This document shows, one piece after another, positions 29,373-39,562 of a stretch of DNA of 64,000 bases (within the stretch, counting starts at the first letter, position 1; the number at the start of each line of letters is the position of its first letter). The notes under the pieces were generated by a model, which was given only the letters and a program-made list of their open reading frames with translations, did no database searches and had not been told where the DNA came from. Source of the DNA: an uncultured Pseudomonadales bacterium (GTDB lineage Bacteria; Pseudomonadota; Gammaproteobacteria; Pseudomonadales; Balneatricaceae); contig CALKFY010000048.1 in assembly GCA_938084925.1 (NCBI GenBank), forward strand, positions 356-64,355. Reading direction: 5' to 3'. The translations under genes were made by a program, and so were the position numbers.

Positions 29373-31049
29373 TTATCCTTTGCTTGGTGCCAGATTATCT
29401 GGCGCCACATTTAATAAACGTAAACTTTCAGCCATGATGCGACTGAATACGGGCGCCGCTACTTCACCACCATAATATTGTTCGCCTTGTGGCTGATCGA
29501 CTACCACCACACACACCAATCGAGGTCGACTGGCAGGCGCCATGCCGGCAAAGATTGCGGCATAGGCATCGTCTTCATAACCACCAGATTTACCAGTCTT
29601 GTGCACGGTACCGGTTTTGCCAGCAACACGATAAGAAGGCACTCTAGCCCGAGTACCAGTACCACCTAATTGCGTCACCGTTTCCATCATAGCCACGACC
29701 TGTTGAGCTTGTTGCTCTGGCATAATGCGTTCAGCTTCCGGGGCTGAATCTAATTTCAATAAAGACACAGGGCGCTTTAAGCCATGACTTGCCAATACAG
29801 AATAGGACGCGGCCAATTGCATAGGCGTTACCGCAATACCGTAGCCATAAGACATGGTGGCTAAATTAATAGGGTGCCACTTGGCATAGTTAGGTAATAC
29901 ACCCACACTTTCACCTGGAAAGCCGGTACCTGTATCTTGGCCTAAGCCAAAGCTATAAAACGTATCGCGAACACTCTGCTCTGGCATAGACATAGCCAAC
30001 TTAGTCACGCCAACATTACTGGACTTAGTGATAATACCGGTGATATCCAACACCCCATAGTTACGGTGGTCGCGGATACTCTTACCTTTGACACGAATAA
30101 AGCCAGGGGCTGTATCGATTTCGCTGTCGACGGTGTATTGGCCACTCATCAAGGCGGCAGAAACTGTTAGTGGCTTAACTGTGGAACCAGGTTCAATCAC
30201 ATCCGTGAGAGCCCGATTACGTAAGCTATCTAGAGCCATGTTTTTGCGATTGTTGGGGTTGTAAGAAGGTTGGTTAACCATGGCTAGGACTTCACCCGTG
30301 GTGACATCCAAAATCACCGCTGCCGCGGACTTGGCTTTATGGGACTGTACGACAGCCTTAAGCTCTCGATAAGCGACGTACTGCATACGTAGATCAATAC
30401 TCAACTGTAGGTCTTTACCAGGTTGCGCAGCGCGCAAAATACGTAAGTCTTCTACGGTACGCCCCTTGCGATCCTTTTTAACGAGTTTTTGACCACTCTG
30501 AGCGCGCAGCCAATCTTCATAGGCGAGTTCCATGCCTTCTTGGCCACGATCATCAACGTTATTAAAGCCTACTATGTGAGTAGCCACTTCACCCGCTGGG
30601 TAATAGCGATGAAATTCGCGTTGGCCATAAACGCCTTTGATTTTTTCATCCAAGATCACTTGTGCTTGATCCGGATTCATATGACGACGCAGATACATGA
30701 ACTCTTTTTTGCTCATGCGTGTTAAGCGCTCATTCAGCCTAGCTGGATCCATATCCATCAAACTAGCTAGGTTATGCGCTTCTGGAGAACCAGGAATAAG
30801 TTCTTGAGGGTGAGCCCACAAGCTCAATACCGGCGCACTAACCGCCAAAGGTTTGCCGTTACGATCAACGATCATGCCACGATGGGCAGCCAAGGGTACG
30901 GTACGCTCCATACGCGCATCGCCTTGGCGTTGCAGAAAACTACGTTCGGTTAGGTTCAAGTCCACCAAGCGCCAGACCACAAGGCCGGCGGCCAAAGCCA
31001 GCAATAACCAGATGAAGCGCATGCGCCATGGATACTCAACCCGATTCAT
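29373..31049 (-). CDS. ftsI: Penicillin-binding protein 3
   Basis: EPGSTVK (SxxK), KSSNVG (SxN), GKTGT. Confidence 0.97.
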   Translation of the reverse strand: MNRVEYPWRMRFIWLLLALAAGLVVWRLVDLNLTERSFLQRQGDARMERTVPLAAHRGMIVDRNGKPLAVSAPVLSLWAHPQELIPGSPEAHNLASLMDMDPARLNERLTRMSKKEFMYLRRHMNPDQAQVILDEKIKGVYGQREFHRYYPAGEVATHIVGFNNVDDRGQEGMELAYEDWLRAQSGQKLVKKDRKGRTVEDLRILRAAQPGKDLQLSIDLRMQYVAYRELKAVVQSHKAKSAAAVILDVTTGEVLAMVNQPSYNPNNRKNMALDSLRNRALTDVIEPGSTVKPLTVSAALMSGQYTVDSEIDTAPGFIRVKGKSIRDHRNYGVLDITGIITKSSNVGVTKLAMSMPEQSVRDTFYSFGLGQDTGTGFPGESVGVLPNYAKWHPINLATMSYGYGIAVTPMQLAASYSVLASHGLKRPVSLLKLDSAPEAERIMPEQQAQQVVAMMETVTQLGGTGTRARVPSYRVAGKTGTVHKTGKSGGYEDDAYAAIFAGMAPASRPRLVCVVVVDQPQGEQYYGGEVAAPVFSRIMAESLRLLNVAPDNLAPSKG

Positions 31050-31375
31050 GGCTGCCTCGCCATGACCACGTTATTAGCTAGAGGGACCCGCATCTGTAAC
31101 TGGCTATTCACCATATCTTCGACACGGCTATAAGAACCCCAGGCGCTCTGCTCTAGCAGTAGCTGCCCCCATTCAATTTGCATATCATCGCGCTGTTGCT
31201 GCAAAACATGCAGTTCGTTAACGAGGGCGCGCTTTTCGAAGGAGCTAAAAATGACCAGCTGCGAGCTAAACACAACCAAAGCCAAAAAAAACAAAGTTAG
31301 CAGCAAAATATAGGCCTGAGCCTTTCGACTAGCCTTCAGCAATAAGCCATTAAGGGCGTAGCTGATGTCTTTCAC
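31046..31375 (-). CDS. ftsL: Cell division protein FtsL
   Basis: TM helix, coiled coil and [10 protein letters not shown]; between rsmH and ftsI. Confidence 0.9.
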   Translation of the reverse strand: MKDISYALNGLLLKASRKAQAYILLLTLFFLALVVFSSQLVIFSSFEKRALVNELHVLQQQRDDMQIEWGQLLLEQSAWGSYSRVEDMVNSQLQMRVPLANNVVMARQP

Positions 31376-32319
31376 TGCAACTTCTCCGCCACGCGCATTA
31401 CTGCACTGCGGGCGCGAGGGTTGATTTCAATTTCATGTTTAGTTGGCTTGCGGGCTTTACCAATCAATTTCAGACGACGATTTAGCATGTCTTCGGTAAC
31501 GGGTAAGCCTGGAGGTAAATGATTATCACCTTGGGCTTGCTTACGCATAAAACGCTTAACAATACGGTCTTCTAGGGAATGAAAACTAATTACCACTAGA
31601 CGGCCACCGGGGCGCAATACTTCCAAAGCAGCCTCTAAACCATCTTCCAAATCAGCCAATTCACGATTAATGTGAATTCGAATACCTTGGAAAGCACGAG
31701 TTGCCGGATTTTTACCTTTTTCCCACTTAGGGTTAGCGGCAGCAATAATTTCAGCTAGCTGCTTAGTACGAGTAATAGGTGCTTTGCTTCGTGTTTCCAC
31801 AATAGCGCGTGCCATGCGACGTGAAAAACGCTCTTCACCATAGTGATACATGGCATCAGCAATTTCGTCGGCGTCGGCACGTGCCAACCATTCGGCAGCA
31901 GATTCACCCTGATCTGGGTTCATACGCATATCCAAAGGGCCGTCATTCATGAAGCTAAAGCCGCGTTCTGGGTCGTCAAGCTGAGGCGAAGAAACACCTA
32001 AATCTAGCAATACACCATCAACCTGGCCATGCCACTGGCGCTGTTCAGCGATGCGTTGCATATCAGCAAAGGAGGTTTGGGCAATTTGCAAACGCGCATC
32101 TTCAGCAATCATTGCTTGGGCTACGGCGATAGCTTCGGGATCTTTATCAAAAGCTTGTAGCTGGCCTTGTGCAGCCAAACCTTGCAGGATCAAACCCGAG
32201 TGCCCGCCACGACCAAAGGTGCCGTCCATATAACAGCCAGATGGGTCTTGCAGTAGCCATTCAACAGCTTCATCAAGTAGGACTGACTTATGCTTAAAGC
32301 TATCTGTCATATTAGACAC
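31372..32319 (-). CDS. rsmH: 16S rRNA m4C1402 methyltransferase
   Basis: [35 protein letters not shown]; start may be the ATG at 32310. Confidence 0.98.
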   Translation of the reverse strand: MSNMTDSFKHKSVLLDEAVEWLLQDPSGCYMDGTFGRGGHSGLILQGLAAQGQLQAFDKDPEAIAVAQAMIAEDARLQIAQTSFADMQRIAEQRQWHGQVDGVLLDLGVSSPQLDDPERGFSFMNDGPLDMRMNPDQGESAAEWLARADADEIADAMYHYGEERFSRRMARAIVETRSKAPITRTKQLAEIIAAANPKWEKGKNPATRAFQGIRIHINRELADLEDGLEAALEVLRPGGRLVVISFHSLEDRIVKRFMRKQAQGDNHLPPGLPVTEDMLNRRLKLIGKARKPTKHEIEINPRARSAVMRVAEKLQ

Positions 32320-32360
32320 AACGTTATAAATCCAAGTTACTGAAAGTGCTACAGCACCTT

Positions 32361-32816
32361 CTAAAGTGATAGTTCGTGCATGGCATCTGGCAACTCGCTA
32401 TTGTCACTGGCAATTTGCAGATACTCGTCACGTCGTGTATTCCATAGAGACTCGCTCCATAGTTCAATTTTTTTGCCCTGACCCAGTAAGATCGCTTTCT
32501 TGTCCAACTGAGCATAATCACGCAATACGGCAGGTAGAAGAATACGTCCGTTGCCATCTAACTCTACGTCTGTAGCATGACCGATAAGCAAACGCTGAAT
32601 ACGTCTTGCGGCTGGATTGAAACTAGGCAGTTGCTCTAACTTAGCTTGGATAATGTCCCACTCAGGCATGGGATAGATCATCAAGCAAGCTTCTTCTGTA
32701 TCAATGGTGATGACCAATTTGCCTTCACTTGCCGCAGCAAACATGTCACGAAAACGCACAGGCATAGCCATGCGTCCTTTCGCATCAATGTTGATTGTCG
32801 CTGCACCACGAAACAT
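32361..32816 (-). CDS. mraZ: Transcriptional regulator MraZ
   Basis: [18 protein letters not shown]. Confidence 0.98.
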   Translation of the reverse strand: MFRGAATINIDAKGRMAMPVRFRDMFAAASEGKLVITIDTEEACLMIYPMPEWDIIQAKLEQLPSFNPAARRIQRLLIGHATDVELDGNGRILLPAVLRDYAQLDKKAILLGQGKKIELWSESLWNTRRDEYLQIASDNSELPDAMHELSL

Positions 32817-32853
32817 AAAACCGGCCTATTTAAGCTTAATATTGGGTTAAAAT

Positions 32854-32880
32854 ACCACTTTAACCCACTTTTCACCACCT
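32854..32880 (-). promoter_or_regulatory. MraZ operator: three GTGG boxes at 10-bp period
   Basis: CCAC at 32855, 32865, 32875 (minus strand AGGTGGTGAA-AAGTGGGTTA-AAGTGGT), the known MraZ binding architecture. Confidence 0.8.
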
Positions 32881-32884
32881 TCAA

Positions 32885-32913
32885 AGTTTAGGCAGATTAT
32901 GACCATATTGCAA
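32885..32913 (-). promoter_or_regulatory. Sigma-70 promoter of the dcw operon (Pmra)
   Basis: TTGCAA-N17-TAAACT immediately upstream of the MraZ boxes. Confidence 0.65.
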
Positions 32914-33088
32914 GCGCAAATACGGGCTTATATGACCAGCTAGGTAATTACTACCTAGTGAATATGAGGAGACAAGATAGGAGGCCATAACGGCCAGGCA
33001 AGAAAGCGCCGCTAGACGGACAACACTGGTTAGAATTGATTAGATATTATTGCGCTATTTGACGACCAGAAAGGCCACCCTTGTGCGG

Positions 33089-33739
33089 TTATGCGACCTG
33101 TACAACCTGGCTTGGCACCAACAGATGTGACTTAACTAAACTTGTAGCCGCATCCACGTCCCTGCCCAGCACCGCTTGCACCAATCGCTCATGCTCTTTT
33201 TGATTAGCATCAAAAGCTTCATGGCCAGCATTGTGGCGCAACCAAAGATTTCGATAACGAGAGGCTTTTTCGTATAAGGCCCAACGTGCATGCAACAACT
33301 GCTGAGAACCACAACCAGAAGCAACCGCCAAATGAAAGGCTTGATGTAATTGCTCCCAGGCTTGCATATCGCCCGCCTTCAGCAAACCAGCATTGGCGTG
33401 CAAACGATGCGCAGCAGCAACGATGCCTGCCTCCCATGCGTCATCACCACGGGCGATGGCCAGTTCCACACAAAGGGCCTCTAAATGAGCTCGAGCATCA
33501 TAGATATCTAGCATTTCGGCTTGGGTGGTAGGGTGAACTCGATAACCACGCTGATCTTCAGCAACGACCAGCTGCTCAACAATAAGCTGGGAAAGGGCTT
33601 CTCGCAAAGGATTCACGCCAACCCCATAATGAGTTTTTAAGGACGCCATTTTGAGTTTTTGCCCAGGCTCGAAAAAACCGGCAAGAATATCTTGCTTCAG
33701 CAACTGCATAACCTTTACGGCTGAGTTTTCTTTGCTCAC
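33089..33739 (-). CDS. GntR/FCD family regulator, CsiR (GlaR)-like
   Basis: PGQKL...YGVGVNPLREALSQL, QRGYRV, GDDAWEA, HQAFH, EHERL. Confidence 0.82.
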   Translation of the reverse strand: MSKENSAVKVMQLLKQDILAGFFEPGQKLKMASLKTHYGVGVNPLREALSQLIVEQLVVAEDQRGYRVHPTTQAEMLDIYDARAHLEALCVELAIARGDDAWEAGIVAAAHRLHANAGLLKAGDMQAWEQLHQAFHLAVASGCGSQQLLHARWALYEKASRYRNLWLRHNAGHEAFDANQKEHERLVQAVLGRDVDAATSLVKSHLLVPSQVVQVA

Positions 33740-33784
33740 TTATGAATCCACTATAGCGATTGTCAAACAACCGCTATTGTAACA

Positions 33785-34546
33785 CTAAGCAGCGGGCTTC
33801 ATCACCAAGCTATAGCCATGGTCTCGCAACCATTGCCGAGCCTGCTGATAATCAGGGCAGTAGTTCGCCACCATTTGCCAAAACTCACGCCCATGATGCA
33901 TGTGACGCAGATGACACACTTCATGCACCACAACATAATCGAACACAAACTCGGGCGCCATGGCTAGCAGCCAATTAAACTTCAGCTCCGCCTTGCTGCT
34001 ACAGCTACCCCAGCGGGAACTAAAGTAGCGCACTTTAATTGACTTGGCCTTAGGGGTAATAGCCATCATGTCTTGCCAGTAATCAAGGCGTCGCTGAGCG
34101 AACTCCAAGGCTTGAGCCTTATACCAGACTTCTAGCAAACGCTGTTTACTTGCATGACTCTGTTGTCGGCTAGTTAAGGCCACAATTAACTGGTCATCTA
34201 CAACACTGATGCCGTGCTTCTGTTCAGCAACAAACTGCAAACTTAATTGCTCACCAAAGACCGGCCAAGGTGCCCCATCGACTAACTGACGTTGAGGTAC
34301 TTTCGGCATAGCCTGTTGCTGAACTTGCTTTGCTAACAGCCAATCACGCTTAGACGCCACGGCTTCTGCCAATAGCTTGACAGGTAGACCATGAGGTACT
34401 TGCAGGGTAATGACACCATCATGCACCTTAAAACCAATGCTGCGTCGACGCTTACTAACCCGCAAGCAACAGTCAAGCTGGTTAATATGGTAGTTAGGTT
34501 CTGATTGGGTAATGCGTGTGTTTTTGAAAGCTGACAGCATAGACAT
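33785..34546 (-). CDS. M48/SprT-like zinc metallohydrolase (YgjP/UTP pyrophosphatase family)
   Basis: SRWGSCS, FNWLL, DYVVVHEVCHLRHMHH (HExxH); start moved to ATG 34546 or 34540 because the longer ORF overlaps rnpB. Confidence 0.85.
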   Translation of the reverse strand: MSMLSAFKNTRITQSEPNYHINQLDCCLRVSKRRRSIGFKVHDGVITLQVPHGLPVKLLAEAVASKRDWLLAKQVQQQAMPKVPQRQLVDGAPWPVFGEQLSLQFVAEQKHGISVVDDQLIVALTSRQQSHASKQRLLEVWYKAQALEFAQRRLDYWQDMMAITPKAKSIKVRYFSSRWGSCSSKAELKFNWLLAMAPEFVFDYVVVHEVCHLRHMHHGREFWQMVANYCPDYQQARQWLRDHGYSLVMKPAA

Positions 34547-34590
34547 CAGAAGATACGATTTGATTAAACTGACAGCGTAAGAAAGGATTT

Positions 34591-34940
<350 letters not shown>

Positions 34941-34976
34941 AGGCGGCAGGATAGCGACCTTAGGCCTCAATTACAA
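34941..34976 (-). promoter_or_regulatory. rnpB sigma-70 promoter with GC-rich discriminator
   Basis: TTGTAA-N17-TATCCT-GCCGCCT, then the first base of the RNA. Confidence 0.75.
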
Positions 34977-35043
34977 GGCTTTATTGCCTCGATATCGTCT
35001 GCGCCATCTTGCTAGCTTAGTGACTTGTTGTAGTTAATGGCCT

Positions 35044-35329
35044 CTTGCTGCGAGATTGGTGCAGGTCGCACTGCTGAAATTCTTGCGTTACTGCCAGCAC
35101 TGCCAGCGGGTACTTAGATCTCTAAGACTGCTTGACGAGCGCTGTAGCTTTACACCTATTGCAAGTCTCGCTGAGCTCTGCAAGCTACGAAGTCCTGAAT
35201 GGAATCTTGGGCCCCCTTGCAATCGGCACGGTACCATTGAGGGTGTGGCGAAATTATTTATAAGCGAGCGTTTTTCAGGCGCTTATAAAGATTTATCGCC
35301 GCGCACCATGCTCACAAGCCGCAGCAAAG
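35044..35329. other. Structured non-coding element between rsmI and rnpB
   Basis: Imperfect terminal inverted repeat TTGCTGCG..TGGTGC / GCACCA..CGCAGCAA; internal hairpin TTTATAAGCG (35257) / CGCTTATAAA (35280); CTTAGATCTCTAAG palindrome. Confidence 0.45.
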
Positions 35330-35340
35330 TTCCACAGACT

Positions 35341-36195
35341 TTAACGCGGGACGTCTTTGCCTTGTAGCTGCAAAGCTCGGTCATAGAGGGCTTTCTTTTT
35401 GTGAGGGGTGAGTTTGGCAGCTAGGGCAGCGGCTTTTTTGATGGGCAGCTCTTCTAGCAATGCTTGTAGGAGTTTGTCAGTCTCAGCATCCATGGCTTCG
35501 GCTTCCGGTTCGGAAGCACCGGCTACCATAAGCACGAATTCACCGCGCTGTTGATTACTATCGGCCAACAACCAGGCTTGCATATCGTCGATACGGCCCG
35601 AGTTAACGGTTTCAAAAGTCTTGGTGAGCTCACGAGCAATGACTAGATGTCGTTCTGGCCCGAAGACTTTGAGCATATCAGCAACACTGTCAACGATACG
35701 GTGCGGTGACTCATAAAAGATATGGGTATGGGTATTAGCCATAATGCTTTCTAACACCTGACAGCGATGACTAGATTTAGCCGGCAAGAAGCCCATGAAG
35801 GTGAACTTATCTGTAGCTACACCGGCCACACTTAAGGCGGCAATCAAGGCACTAGGACCTGCGATCGGTACCACACGAAAGCCTGCTTCACGCACCGCAG
35901 TGACTAGATGGTAGCCAGGGTCCGATATCAAAGGTGTACCAGCATCAGAGATAAGCGCGATTGACTGCCCTTGTTGAAGACGTTCAACTATCGCTTCGCT
36001 TCGCTGGCGTTCGTTATGGTCATGCACGGCCATCATGGGCGTTGTGATAGCAAAGTGTTGCATCAGAGGTGCGCTGTGCCGAGTATCTTCAGCAGCAATC
36101 AAATCAACCTGTTGCAGAGTTTCTACAGCACGAGGACTCATGTCCTGCAGATTTCCAATGGGTGTTGCCACAACGTACAAAGTGGGTGTATTCAT
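35341..36195 (-). CDS. rsmI: 16S rRNA Cm1402 methyltransferase
   Basis: VATPIGNL, AEDTR, SDAGTPLISDPG, YESPHR, ARELTK. Confidence 0.98.
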   Translation of the reverse strand: MNTPTLYVVATPIGNLQDMSPRAVETLQQVDLIAAEDTRHSAPLMQHFAITTPMMAVHDHNERQRSEAIVERLQQGQSIALISDAGTPLISDPGYHLVTAVREAGFRVVPIAGPSALIAALSVAGVATDKFTFMGFLPAKSSHRCQVLESIMANTHTHIFYESPHRIVDSVADMLKVFGPERHLVIARELTKTFETVNSGRIDDMQAWLLADSNQQRGEFVLMVAGASEPEAEAMDAETDKLLQALLEELPIKKAAALAAKLTPHKKKALYDRALQLQGKDVPR

Positions 36196-36336
36196 ACTCT
36201 CGCTATCTCTATTGAGTAGCTCTGATGCAAATTATGTAAAAAAAGCACATAAAAAGGACAACAAAACTGGCTCAGTTGGGTGCAATCGACTATCTTATAG
36301 GGACGCCATTGTAACCTAAATCTAAGCTCGATAAGC

Positions 36337-38601
36337 ATGCCATTGAATTCTTCTCTATCACAAGCAGACCAGACCACCACCAAAACCCGTACTGGATCTT
36401 GGCAGCGTCACCTGATATTAGCGGGCTGTTTGATCGCATTAGTTGGCTGCGAACAAAATACACGCCCTCAATCGGCACAAACCGGCGCGCCGGCGCAGGA
36501 AAAACCACTAGTTATTAATCTTGATTTAACTGTACCCGAACCTAGCAAGGCTGCCACACCCATTCAAGAGAAAATCACTCAAACCGCCAATGTAACCGCC
36601 GAGAAAACACCTAATAAAGAAGAGGCAGACCTAGAACCCGAGCTAGCATTGGAGGTAGCCGAAGAAGAAACTAGTGTGGCTATCTCAACTGCCTCAACTA
36701 CAGAAACAGCAGTTGATTCACAAGCTTCAGAACCAGAAAGCCCACAGATAACAAGCAATTCTGATGCAGCACCCGTGATCAATACTGGCCCTATAAATAT
36801 AAACCAGCAAGCAAGGCAAAGGCAGCTATTAGATTTAGCCAACAGCATGCTGACAAAGGACTATGTTGATTTAAGCTTGAGCTTGCTACAAGACATAGAT
36901 ATGGCTCTATTACCCTCCGAGCTCAAAGGTAACTATTTAGAAAACATGGCAGCTAGCCACCTTCGCTCTGGCGATAGTCATAGCGCCCTCGCATGGCTAC
37001 ACAAAGCCGAAGCGTTGGCACCAGATTTTGACCCAGCAGCCAGACACCGACGCTTGAGCCTATTCCAAGCAGCCTATCAGCACAATGAACAATTCCTTGA
37101 AGCTGCCTTAGCCGCCATCGAGCTAGCTACTGACGGCCCACAAACAATCCCTTCAGATCAACTACTGGCCAGTAATAACAAAATTTGGGAGCTGCTGATG
37201 CAAGTCCCCAACATGCAACTGCATGCGCGCCTACAAAGCCCAGCGCATCCCGTAGCTAAAGCTTGGCTAACACTTGCATTAAGCACAGAAAACTTAATTA
37301 CACTTGAGCAACAGAAGCAGGCCATATTAGCTTGGCAACTCACCAACCCTTTGCACCCTGCAAGTTTGCGCCTACCTAGCGTGCTATCCAATTTATCCGA
37401 TCTACAAACCAAGCAGGCCCAAAAAGTAGCCTTACTACTGCCAACTAGTGGCCCCTTAAGCAAACTTGGGCAAGCTGTTATAGATGGTTTTATGGCCAAC
37501 TATTATCAGACCATGGCTCAATGCCAAACTCCCTGCTCACTGGTACCACAGTTACTATTTATTAATAGCCATGAAGTTAGTGATTGGCCCCAGCTTTTTG
37601 CCCAACTTGAAACACAAGAAGTTGACTTGATTGTAGGCCCGCTGGCAAAAACCAAGGTTGATAGCCTCAATGCCTACACTGAACGCAGTATTAAAACCTT
37701 GGCATTAAATTACCTATCTAGCGAACAAGATAAAGTAAGTAACACTGACATTGACGCTCAGCTATTAGGAGAGCTTGAGAGCACTGTCGACCAAGTTAAC
37801 CCTGCCAATGGCACATCAGAAGCAAAACCAAGTGACCAGCAAACGTTATTTCAATTCGGCCTATCTCTTGAAGATGAAGCCCGCCAGCTAGCCACACAAG
37901 GTAACCACCAGGGCTTCAAGCAGGCACTAATTATTCAAGCCGACACACCGTGGGCGCAACGAGCCAGCCAAGCTTTTCAGCAAGAATGGCAATCCCTTGG
38001 TGGCCGAGTGGCTGGCAAAATTGAATACAGCGGCAATGGTGATTATGCAGACAGCATCAGTAAAGTGCTGCATATCGACGCCAGTAAAGCACGCCGCAGT
38101 AGCCTACAAAAACTAATTGGCAGCAATGTGAAATTTGAGCCGCGCAGACGTCAGGATGTGGACCTAATTATATTGCTAGGCTTACCTAAAGATGTGCGCC
38201 AACTGATGCCAACCTTGGCGTTTCATCACGCCGCCAAGGTCACTGTATTTTCTACCCATCACGCTTATCAAGGGCCCACCAAAACAACGCGTGACAGGGA
38301 CCTCAACAAGCTCTATTTCAGTGATATACCGTGGATGCTAGAAGCGGATAAAATCACCAAAACCGTTGAAACCACTTGGCCCAATCGACAACGCTATAGC
38401 CGTTTGTTTGCCTTGGGTGCCGACGCCTATCGCTTGTATCCACGCTTGGAGCAAATGCAAATATTCAGCGCCACACGAGTACAGGGCACCACCGGCCTAT
38501 TAAAACTGGAAGAAGACAATAGAATCACCGCCAACTTAACTTGGGCACGCTTTAGAAACGGCCAACCGCAAGTGCGCCGGGGCGCCCATGAGTTACAGTA
38601 A
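36337..38601 (+). CDS. lpoA: Penicillin-binding protein activator LpoA (LppC family) lipoprotein
   Basis: Lipobox LVGC, W..TNPLHPA, VALLLPTSG, IVGPL.K, FGLSLEDEA, RLFALGADAY; divergent from rsmI. Confidence 0.9.
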   Translation: MPLNSSLSQADQTTTKTRTGSWQRHLILAGCLIALVGCEQNTRPQSAQTGAPAQEKPLVINLDLTVPEPSKAATPIQEKITQTANVTAEKTPNKEEADLEPELALEVAEEETSVAISTASTTETAVDSQASEPESPQITSNSDAAPVINTGPININQQARQRQLLDLANSMLTKDYVDLSLSLLQDIDMALLPSELKGNYLENMAASHLRSGDSHSALAWLHKAEALAPDFDPAARHRRLSLFQAAYQHNEQFLEAALAAIELATDGPQTIPSDQLLASNNKIWELLMQVPNMQLHARLQSPAHPVAKAWLTLALSTENLITLEQQKQAILAWQLTNPLHPASLRLPSVLSNLSDLQTKQAQKVALLLPTSGPLSKLGQAVIDGFMANYYQTMAQCQTPCSLVPQLLFINSHEVSDWPQLFAQLETQEVDLIVGPLAKTKVDSLNAYTERSIKTLALNYLSSEQDKVSNTDIDAQLLGELESTVDQVNPANGTSEAKPSDQQTLFQFGLSLEDEARQLATQGNHQGFKQALIIQADTPWAQRASQAFQQEWQSLGGRVAGKIEYSGNGDYADSISKVLHIDASKARRSSLQKLIGSNVKFEPRRRQDVDLIILLGLPKDVRQLMPTLAFHHAAKVTVFSTHHAYQGPTKTTRDRDLNKLYFSDIPWMLEADKITKTVETTWPNRQRYSRLFALGADAYRLYPRLEQMQIFSATRVQGTTGLLKLEEDNRITANLTWARFRNGQPQVRRGAHELQ

Positions 38602-38959
38602 AGATACGGGTGACTGGGCAGAGGAACAGGCTTGCCAACACTTACTGCAAGCTAACTGGCAAGTAATAGGGCGCAACTTCCATTGCCATGGTGGTGAATT
38701 AGATATTATTGCCACCCACGCTAACATACTAGCTTTTGTGGAAGTCAAATTCAGACGCAGCCAAACTATGGGGGGTGCCATCAGCAGCATTACTCCAACA
38801 AAGCAACACCGCCTCATTAGAACCGCACAGCACTTTCTACAAGCAAACCCAAGTTATTACAGCTATAACGGACGCTTTGATCTTATCTGTGTTAGCGGTA
38901 GGCCCCAAGGTCAAGTTGAGCTACAATGGCTGACCAACATATTTTCACTTAGCGATTAA
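38588..38959 (+). CDS. yraN: YraN family (UPF0102) nuclease-fold protein
   Basis: GELDII, FVEVKFR, RFDLI; lpoA operon position. Confidence 0.92.
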   Translation: MSYSKDTGDWAEEQACQHLLQANWQVIGRNFHCHGGELDIIATHANILAFVEVKFRRSQTMGGAISSITPTKQHRLIRTAQHFLQANPSYYSYNGRFDLICVSGRPQGQVELQWLTNIFSLSD

Positions 38960-38967
38960 GTACTATT

Positions 38968-39561
38968 ATGGAATTGCAGGATCTGGCTATTGCCCATTTT
39001 CACGATCATTTGGGCGCAAGCGCCGAAGCCGCGGAAATTCTTCCTTCCCACGTCGCCATGGCAGCGGAACTTTTGTTCGCCTGCTTGGTCAATGATGGCA
39101 AGATATTGATTTGTGGTGATGGTCATCACAGCGCCAACGCTTCTCACTTATGCAATGCCCTCATGTCTCGCCATGGACAAGATCGGCCGGCTCTACCAGC
39201 CATTCATATTGGGGCTAATAGCAACTTACTAGGCACCCTTTTGCACCAGAACTCAAATCAAGAATTGTTTGCTAGACAAATTGCCTCACTGGGGCAATCT
39301 GGCGACGTACTAGTGGTGCTAGCTGGCCCACAGGATTCTAGCTCAGTTGTACAAGCGGTTCAGGCCGCACACGCTGAAGGTATGCAAGTGGTTGTCATTG
39401 GCAGCCAACACATGCAACAGTTAGATGCCGTACTAGCGCCAGATGATATGACCATTCACGTACCAGGTGAACGCTTTGCTACTTTATTGCAGCAACAATT
39501 GATGGTGGTATTAATGCTAAGTGACCTTATAGATTATCTATTGTTTGGGAGTAACGAATAG
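38968..39561 (+). CDS. SIS-domain GmhA/DiaA homologue with degenerate active-site motifs
   Basis: KILICG, RPALPAI, FARQI..LG..GDVL, DLID..LF retained; GNGGS, ND, STSGNS and QE.H motifs replaced; diaA/gmhA position between yraN and the BON gene. Confidence 0.8.
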   Translation: MELQDLAIAHFHDHLGASAEAAEILPSHVAMAAELLFACLVNDGKILICGDGHHSANASHLCNALMSRHGQDRPALPAIHIGANSNLLGTLLHQNSNQELFARQIASLGQSGDVLVVLAGPQDSSSVVQAVQAAHAEGMQVVVIGSQHMQQLDAVLAPDDMTIHVPGERFATLLQQQLMVVLMLSDLIDYLLFGSNE

Positions 39562-39562
39562 A

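Noticed and set aside
35056-35367. 103-aa ORF in the rsmI-rnpB gap
   Set aside because: TTG start, no ribosome-binding site, no motif; better explained as structured non-coding sequence
38588-38959. YraN nuclease fold as a defence gene
   Set aside because: Standard housekeeping position in the lpoA-yraN-SIS-dolP operon
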